NCBI GenBank assembly: GCA_964057225.1
Contig: OZ059894.1
Span: forward strand, 16,368,001 to 16,432,000
DNA: 64,000 bases
DNA from: Auanema rhodensis
Lineage: Eukaryota; Animalia; Nematoda
Reading direction: 5' to 3'
Part shown: positions 55,338 to 64,000 of the stretch, one piece after another
Layout: every line of letters begins with the position of its first letter
Numbering within the stretch: position 1 is the stretch's first letter
The notes under the pieces: generated by a model
Seen by the model: the letters and a program-made list of their open reading frames with translations, nothing else
Told to the model about the DNA's origin: nothing
The model's database searches: none
Program-made: the position numbers and the translations under genes

Positions 55338-58300
55338 CTGAAAAATAAAAAAAATTAACAAAATTTTCTGAATAATCTGAATATTCTCAAAGGTCCCCTT
55401 CCTTTTCTAGTAATAGATCACATATTCCTTACATACATTGTCTAGTTTCGCGCGTTTGATATATTGTCTTTAATGAATTTCAATGTTTTGTTATGTCAAG
55501 AAGAGCAGCTGTTCCTTTCATTTTCAAGCAAATACCGTAATCTGAGGCAAATTGAACAATTCTGAACATACTGTCAAGTTTCCGGAAAACATAGTTTATG
55601 TGTAGTTATGTTATTTATTTCTCAAATTAAACTCAAAGTTGAAACTTCAATATGTGATCCCCTCCCTCTATTCCTATTTTGCCTGTTCTACTTTTACTTT
55701 ACTTTTGGATGCAGCTATTTCGAGGTGGTCGATATGACAATTAGTAGCCAGTGAAGGAAATGAAGTAACCGGACGAAGCAAAAGCCAGAAGGAGAAGAAG
55801 AAGAAGTTACATATTCTTCTCTTTAGTCCACTGAATCTATATATTCTCTTCTATTTTGTTTCTCTCTCTCTTAAACGTTCCAACGTCTTCGTTTTGTTCT
55901 CGTGCATGCTATACTTTCTATAGCAAATGAGAAACATTCATTCAACTATACTTCCTTCAACCAATTGACTTCTTACTTTCAATTGGCAATGCTGAAACAA
56001 GAAGATGCGAGAGTTGGTACGGAAGTTCTTCCCGATGTTGAGTGAATAAGCATCAGATCTTAAGAGAGAGAGAGAGTCAGAGATATATAAGAAAAGTTTC
56101 AAAGAGAGATAGAAATGGGATAAGAGCATAGTATTGTTCATTAGATGGTTGGAGAGGAAAAGAGGAAAGTAGCTGAAACAGCATTAGTTATTCTACTGAG
56201 TCATTAAGCTGACCTTCATAATCTAACAACTTCATCTCATGCAAATTCCTTTGGATGTCAATTATCACATTCTTATTCGATTATTCAACCAAAACTTTCT
56301 ATTAACAAGATCAACAACTTGTGTAATGAATAGCGTGTTAGAGGAAAATGTTGGTTTGGAAGAAATACGAAGAATATTCTAATTGTTTGCCACATTTGTT
56401 CAGAATGTTCTTCGTCAAACGCTATATATGGTCCCTCTAGAGTAGAAAAAGTTTCTATAAAGCTCATTAATCACATAGTCAATTACTACTATATCTGGCT
56501 GAGCTGACCATGTTGAGCAAATGACAAGAACTAGATAGAAGAACGTGGCTTCTTAGATATTTCAAGCCAGTTAGGATAGGTCATATATCATCGTGTCAGC
56601 TGGCTATTTGCTTTCCTTGAGCTAATACTAACTGACAGCACGTAAAACGACGAAGATGAAGCTGAGTATGGAAATGGATTGGGAGCAGATGTTCATAGTA
56701 AAAACAATGATAATGATATCATATAGTTAACCAAACAAGATAGGCTTTTATGTTTCGTTGATCCCTTGAAAGCAATAGTTGTCTTAGACATTAGCATTTT
56801 TCGATTTTTCAATATTTCCATGCGAAACAACAACTGCTGTTAGGAACACATAAAGCAAAGAACTTATGTGCCGTTCAATTCAACTGAAGTATAGTTAATC
56901 GGATACGGATACGTACATATCCATCAGAATGACGTAAGGCGACAGGCTGAATAGCCATTCATCAAACTTAAAAAGCGATTTTGTCGAGAACGCCACCGTC
57001 GGACACCCAAGATGCATTGAGATGGATGAGTAGGCGACGTTGAGTCATCAAGTTGAGAAGTCAATTGATATTCTACCTTGAAAATGGATGATATAACACA
57101 TTTTCATGGGAATGGTTTTATTCAGATGACAGTTGAGTTTGACATATCAACGGCTTAATTTGTCAACAGAAAACGACCAAAGAAATATTTAAGATTTTTC
57201 GTTTGTTCCCTCTTATAGTATTAGATAAGAAGAATAATAGTTATTAGATTAACAAAATAACTAATATTTGCATAGTTTACTCATCTATTCTGCTTTTTTT
57301 TTGTTAATGTTTGTATTAATTTAATGTGGATTTATGTACACATTATGTGATTACATGAGAGAAAAGGGGAAATGAAGAGAGGAAAGTTTAAGATCAGGGA
57401 AAAACAAATTGAAACATCTCATGTAAATACTGTAATAGATCCCTTTAACCTTATGAAAAATAATTAACAGAAGCAGAAGCATATGCAAAACATTCCATAT
57501 TTGGTTAATGTTTTCAATAACAATCATCAATGAGAAAAAAGCTCAATTATGTAATATCGGGTCACATCATCACATAAGGTTAATGTGATGAATTGTTTAT
57601 CTAACTGTATATTCTCTCTCTATCTGTCATTATATTTCTCTCTCTCTCTCTTTATATTCATTACTTAATCTTTTTACTCTATTATATACCACTATATGGT
57701 ATAGTTTATTCATATCAGCTCATACTCATCATTTTTCTCTCTCAATTTGTCTAATCTACTTTGAGCTAAAAGATGACCGTCAACATCGTTGCGCAATATG
57801 CGCAAGCTATGTAAAGAACAGCTGCATAATTTGCCTTCAGAAGACAGATCGACGAGGCCAAAGCTGCAATAAAACGGTACCGACATGACCTTTGACACCT
57901 CATCTCAACTAATACATTTCACACCAAAGAAAGCTGTCAAGTTTGTGAAAAAAAACACTTGTCAGCATAAATTCTTTTGATTAATTGGGTCACGTTTTGA
58001 GGAGAATCTGATATTATACACATAGGAAGGTATTGTATCCATACTTTGAGCGTTAAGAACAATCTATTTTGAAATGACATCAATAATTCTTGCTAATCAG
58101 ACTTGATGTTCAATTTGCCTTTGGCTTTGAATATTTCAAAGATATTAATGATCGTTGTTTGGGTCATTTGATGCTTCATATGAACATTCAATTTTCATTT
58201 ATGATGAGAAAAGTATGTATTTCAGCTATACGCATAGTATTATATCCTAACTATATGTATATTCTCATATATCCGTCTGTCACTTAATGTATCCACTAAG

Positions 58301-61300
58301 AATTTATTGAAGTGTTGATGTCTATCCGCATCCTTTTCTTTTAATCTCACAAATGCTCTATCCTATATGGTTTCTAAACCAAACAGACGGCTAATTACCG
58401 GATGTTGAAGAGAAAACAGTCCTAACAGCCTGATGAAGACCTCAAAGACTCATTATCCCGATTTTCAAGTACATTTGAAACCAATGGAAAGGCCATTTCT
58501 TCAATACTAAGAGACTCATCAGCAAAACTTAACAAAGGCTTAACATCATTGTTTCAGCATGAGCGTGTTGCAAATAACGTTCAATCGTGCATGTTCCGTT
58601 CAGGTTTTCTGAGTCAGTCCCGCTGTATAAGCAAGAACGGCTCTCGTTTAGGATTTAATTAGCCTGGTCCATATGGTCGGAGTTGACCATATGCATATTC
58701 AAGCAGAGTTCTATGAAATAATCCAAGTTAAGCTTTAACATGTTTGAAGCTTGAGTAACTTGCCTGGCTTTCGGCTTATTAATAGCTTGCATCCGATTAG
58801 TTTGAAGAGCACAATATATAGTTTTCGGTAAATATATCCGATTGTTTTGTCTGTCTTTTTTAAGCTTCAGATATTTACAGGAAATGCTCATATGGCAATT
58901 TTTTATTAGAATTGTAAGACAAGTTAAACACATGTTGTTCGTTTCCTGTTTTTAGAAACTTCATTCATTTCTTTAATAGAAGAAATGGCTCATTTGACCT
59001 TTTCATCTGTATTTCCTGTCAAAAGTTATCTCTCAGTTAGTCTGACAAGAGAACAAACTCATAAATTCTAAAATACAATGAGTGCAGAATAGAATTTATG
59101 AGTCTTCATATCATATATCAGTTATTATAAGTTAAAACATTTGAGAGAAATAGTTTAAAGAGAGAAGATAAGAAGTGAATACAATTGAAAAGCTTAGATA
59201 TAATAGTGAGAACAACCATTCGTGTCATCTTTAAAACATACAATGATATGTTAATTGCACGTCAACTTCACGTGAACTTATAAACATTATCTTCTGTTGG
59301 AATTGGAATGAAGACAATATATATTCTCTCTTAAGCAAAACATATTTCAATATATTCCAATCAAGAATATATTAATAGAAAATTATTTATTTTCTTTCTT
59401 ATCGTATGTGCACAACAGAATTTTTGATGAAAGACAACACGTTTTGGTTATTCCAACTTTGAAATTAAAAGAAATGATTCATATGCTTCAAGATCTTTGA
59501 CTTTCACCAACTACTATCATATAGTTAGTTGCAGTATACTTTCGATATTTTCAAAATTTTCATCTACCAGGTGGCACATTTTCTTTTCCTTCTACTCATA
59601 CATCTGGCATCGTGGGCTCGGTGTCAACTTTTTTTCTTGGCGAGACAGCTTCAGCGCAAAGCCGACAGATCGAGTAGTAATTGGAAGAGTCATCGATCAC
59701 GATTGAGTATAACATTCGTATTGTTCGATTAAACTTTTTTTTTCTTTTATGAAAAAAAAAATTGAAAAGAGGAAAACATATGACATCAATTGACTTATAA
59801 ATAGTAAAAATGAAATTGAAAAGAATAATTAGAAAATGACAAATTCCAATTAATAACATATGGATTAACTATGTTGTAATCGTAAGATTATATTTTTATT
59901 TATATATAATATCTTACAAGGAACTATAGCTTTCATTCAGTTTTGTTTTCAAAGCTTCATCTCTAAAGGTATATCCATCTACTTCTGGATCTCCCCCTCC
60001 TTTTATTTCTTCCAAGAACTTTGTGCTTCAAGCTTAACCAGCTTGTTGACTTGCTATATGAGAATATATTTGTTAGTAGAAAACGATGTGTTCGATATTC
60101 TATTCAACAATTCTACCTAATATCTATCCTTCGCCTATTCATATGAAAGTTTTGCCATATATCATATAACAATTTCTTTCTGATTATCCGGTTCTTTCAT
60201 TTCGTCTAGGATAAGTCCAGTCCTACACACTCTCTCTATGTACATGCAAATGCTTCAGACTGATAGAATGAAATGAGGCATTTTCACAATCTGTTAAACA
60301 TCAAACTTGATCTAAAAACTGACAATTTTTCTTCAGAAAATGAAGTTGTCACCCCGTATGAGTTAAGAATGTCGTGGATAGATTGATGTATTCTCGCAAA
60401 ATCATCATATTTCCCCTTTTAAATCAGAGAACTCTGAGCTTGATTATTAAAAGGCAGATGACATTGTTTTAGAGTTTATATGAAAGTCAGAATGACAAAG
60501 CAACTTCCGACAGATGTGATCCTTTCTTTCATGTCATCTAGGTAAACAATAAACAACAAGCATCTTCTATAAACTTTAAGGGAAAAAGACATCTTTTTGT
60601 CTTTTCAATATCTTTCACAATTCATCTTATAATTATATTGATAAACAATAATATGATAAACAAGATAATAATTTCTATTATCTAGCTTTTTTCGAATATC
60701 TCAGTGTTCAACCAAAAATGGAGGGAGAAAACATTTGGTCCCAAACCGAAACAAAAAGAAATTGCTTGGACAATTGGGCTTAAACCATGTTGTTCTTTTT
60801 GATAAACAACATACAGGTAAACATATGTATCTGCCAATTGTTAAAAAGCCCCTGCAAGCAATTTATCTAATCAGAATGTAATCTAAAAGACTTTCGAAGC
60901 AGCCGCAAAACGACAAATGGGTCTAATCAGTCGGTTCACACCTGTTGGCAACAAAGGACACCGACACAACCAACTGAAATAAAGCAAAAGGTAAGGCCTA
61001 GAAGCTATTCGGGATATCCGTGTCTGAAGCCATTTGTTACTTTTTGAGCTCAATAGACTCAATTAATTCGAAAATGGTTCCGACAGGCACACCACCTGGT
61101 GAACAGGTTTGGTCGGATTGATTTACCGCACAGTGTGTGTGGTGAATTATTTGAAGTTGTAAGAAGGGAAAAAATCAAAAAATTAAAGACAAAACTAAGG
61201 AAATTTCAATGTTTTTGTTGAACAAATGAGAAAAAGCCAACATGTCAATTCTAATATGCACTTGTCTTGTCATTTTGAACGAAAACGTTTTCCTACAACA

Positions 61301-64000
61301 CATGTTAAACGTGTTGATAGTTTAGAGCTTGCTTTGTTACAGCACATACTAAGAAGGAAGCTTTAACTGCTCCAAATGATTAGTGAAAAAGACAAGATGA
61401 TCTTTGTAGTTACATCGTTTCAATGTTTTAAACAAATTTTCATCTCTTATACATTATATATTTTATTTTTTATAATATATAAGAATCAGAAGAAGAGAAA
61501 GATGAAGAAGAAAAGAGATATATATATATATTGGAAATTTATATATTTCTTATCCTTTAATATGTAAAAATGACTACTACTAGATGAATGTTGTTCTTTT
61601 ATAACTCATTTATCATTTGTTTCTTTGACAACATTCAATTCAACAGCACTCAAAATGTCTAAATGGAACAGTTTAGAACAGCTGGTTACAGTATAGGTTC
61701 GACAATCATCAGCATATTCCCTCTTAAAATTTGACAGAAACTATTAGATGATATGACTTTATGTGTGAAATTATTGTTTCAACTTGAACAGCGTAAGCTT
61801 TAAATGCTATATAACAAGTTTTAATAATTTCTTTTTTGATGAAAACATTATTTGCTTTCAATGATCAAAGGTTGAGATTATTTGAGTTCAAACCCTAAGA
61901 AAACAATTTTTTGGTCCAAGTTCCGATAAAAATGCTTTTCATTAAATGTTATCAAGATGCTTTGATGATCATCAATCGTAATCATGATCAAGTTGTAATG
62001 TGAGAAGAAGGTGGAAGAGGAGATCGGAATTTCGGGAAGGTGTTAATTGAAAGATTTTCTTCATCCTTTTCTTATTTATCTATTATTCTTCTTAACAAAT
62101 GTTATTTTAATATTTCACTAAATCTATTTGAAAGAATTTTAATAGCTAATCAATCAACTTCGAACTTAAAACCTTAATTTTAGAAATATATATTTCAATA
62201 TGTAATAAATCTTTTCTATCATCATTTAAATGATGATGAACAATTTTTCTTATTATATATTCAGAAGATTCAAAAGATGTTCAATGTTGACGTGATACAT
62301 CTGAATCTCAATTAGCAATACATCTTTCTCAAGAGATTCGAAACAATGAATTTCAGATTGTGAATACTGCCAATGAAGCGTGCCATATAGAGGTCTCGTG
62401 TTGACACAAGAAATGCTCAAGGTTTTAGTTTCTTTCAAACCTTTTTTTTCTTGGAAATGAAATGAGAGGGTAAAGAAAGAAGGTAAAAAGGATCAAAATG
62501 TCAACGTAAAAGGATTTGACCCTGAATATACATATAGGCTATAAGATTTAGCAATCTAATGCTATAGAGACCCTATTCACCTCTCCTCTGCTCATCTAGT
62601 TAATCCTACCAATTCTAATAATTGTGTAATTTGTACAATGACAATCCTCTTCTAACAGATATTTAGTCACTGCTTATGAAAATATGAGAAAAATAGATGA
62701 AATATTAGGAGATAATGAGAGGTAATGAACGAGAGATAGAGCAAGTCTTGAAGATGCTGATCTGATTCTGATGATGAGAAACGGTGTGCATCTCGCCTGC
62801 TCCTGGATTAGTACCTATCAGATTTCAGAGACCCTGAGACCTGAGAACGACAGAATCAACGCTCTTACGAGATGTTGTTCTCTCATCCTTGTCCATTCTT
62901 CCTCTCTCTCTGTCTCTTTTTGTATCGTGTCCTCCTTGGCCTATTATCTGCTGTCCTTCCAAAAAAAAATGTTATTGAACAGATTCTGGATGAACTGTCT
63001 GTTTCATCGTCTCAATTTTCATCAAGTATGGCTGCCAATTAGGAAATTAGAAGAAAAAGAGCTGTCGTCAAGACGTCTGCTATTCCATACCATCTATGTC
63101 CAAAATGAACAGATGGTAAATCTGGTCCAAAAATTTGTCAAAATTGAATGAATTATACGGTTAAATTGCCATCACATAGTCAAACAGGCACATCTCTTTC
63201 GCGGATTTTCGTTAAATTCAACTATTAAATTGTCTTCTTCCGGCTAATAACTCATTGATGATGTCATATGTCGATATGCTTCTGTTTCTTCTCTTCTCAT
63301 CATACTTCGGTCATTATACACTATCAATCCGTCAACTTCAGTCATTGTTTCCAGCAATTTGCTCAGTTTTTCTCATTTCAGTTTAACACATATGCTCTTT
63401 GTCTAACTAACATGGCTTGGCTCTCAACTGTTGAATATACATCCAATGAGCAACAACGATATGTTCTCTAACAAACAGACGCAAGTAGTAGAACTCAGAA
63501 GCCATGATGAACGAGTATGATGTTGGCAAACTTCTGTCATCGCGTGGCTTGTCAGTTGGTTTTAAGTCAAAACCTTATGTTTTCTCTTATACATCTTCAC
63601 TTCTTTTTCTTTATATAATGCTTTTCGTCTTTTACAAGAAGGAGTATAAGAAGTACAATTTGGAGAAACAAGCAAAGATTCGCCAATAAATCGCATAAAA
63701 AGAGCCAATTATGTCTCACATCTCCTTCAACTTAAGCCATCAAAACGCTTAGTTGTCTGAATGCTCAAGTTCTACTAAAAGCCTTCATGCTGCACCTAGT
63801 TACAACATGTAAAAGATGCCGAATGTGATAGAAAGAACGGCATATCCCCATGTATTTCGGTTTTCCATAAAAGGGAAATGAAAGTAATTAGCATTACGAC
63901 TTTCATATTACGCATGTTTTGGCCTCTAACAATCTGTCTGGAGAACCATATAAGGCATTTCATGGTTTTAGCTTGACATCGACAGAAAGAGAAATAGAGA

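Noticed and set aside
57710-57898. Cys-containing minus-strand ORF as a possible MADD-2 B-box exon
   Set aside because: Cys/His spacing does not fit a B-box; no suitable splice sites identified.
58430-58480. CTGATGA..GAAA hammerhead-like core (also 62768)
   Set aside because: No proper stem II or flanking stems I/III.

Overview
AT-rich eukaryotic DNA with ~45-55 nt introns, TTTCAG-type acceptors and many (CT)/(AG) microsatellites, most consistent with a rhabditid nematode; the species cannot be identified from sequence. Most ORF-track entries are spurious or single exons. (1) About 1-18.4 kb has no exon chain I could support. (2) An 11-exon, ~844-aa RBR/Ariadne-like gene (18538-24939, +) has an intact IBR but degenerate RING1 and RING2, plus a second TATA-driven first exon. 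(3) A 25-kb cluster of nematode DUF1679 / ecdysteroid-kinase-like (EcKL, choline-kinase fold) genes follows: intact gene A (+), four intact inverted copies of gene B interleaved with 881-bp direct repeats of the 3' half of A (a-B-a-B-a-B-a-B-a), intact genes C and D (+), and a relic. Every B copy carries a long-TIR MITE in intron 8 whose interior is flipped in copy 1 relative to copies 2-4. One spacer carries a Merlin-like MITE. B, C and D are patchwork mosaics. (4) The 3' part of the TRIM9 ortholog madd-2 (52900-55337, -) has a candidate regulated microexon and a candidate internal first exon; its RING/B-box exons were not found in the window. All gene models and comparisons were made by eye.
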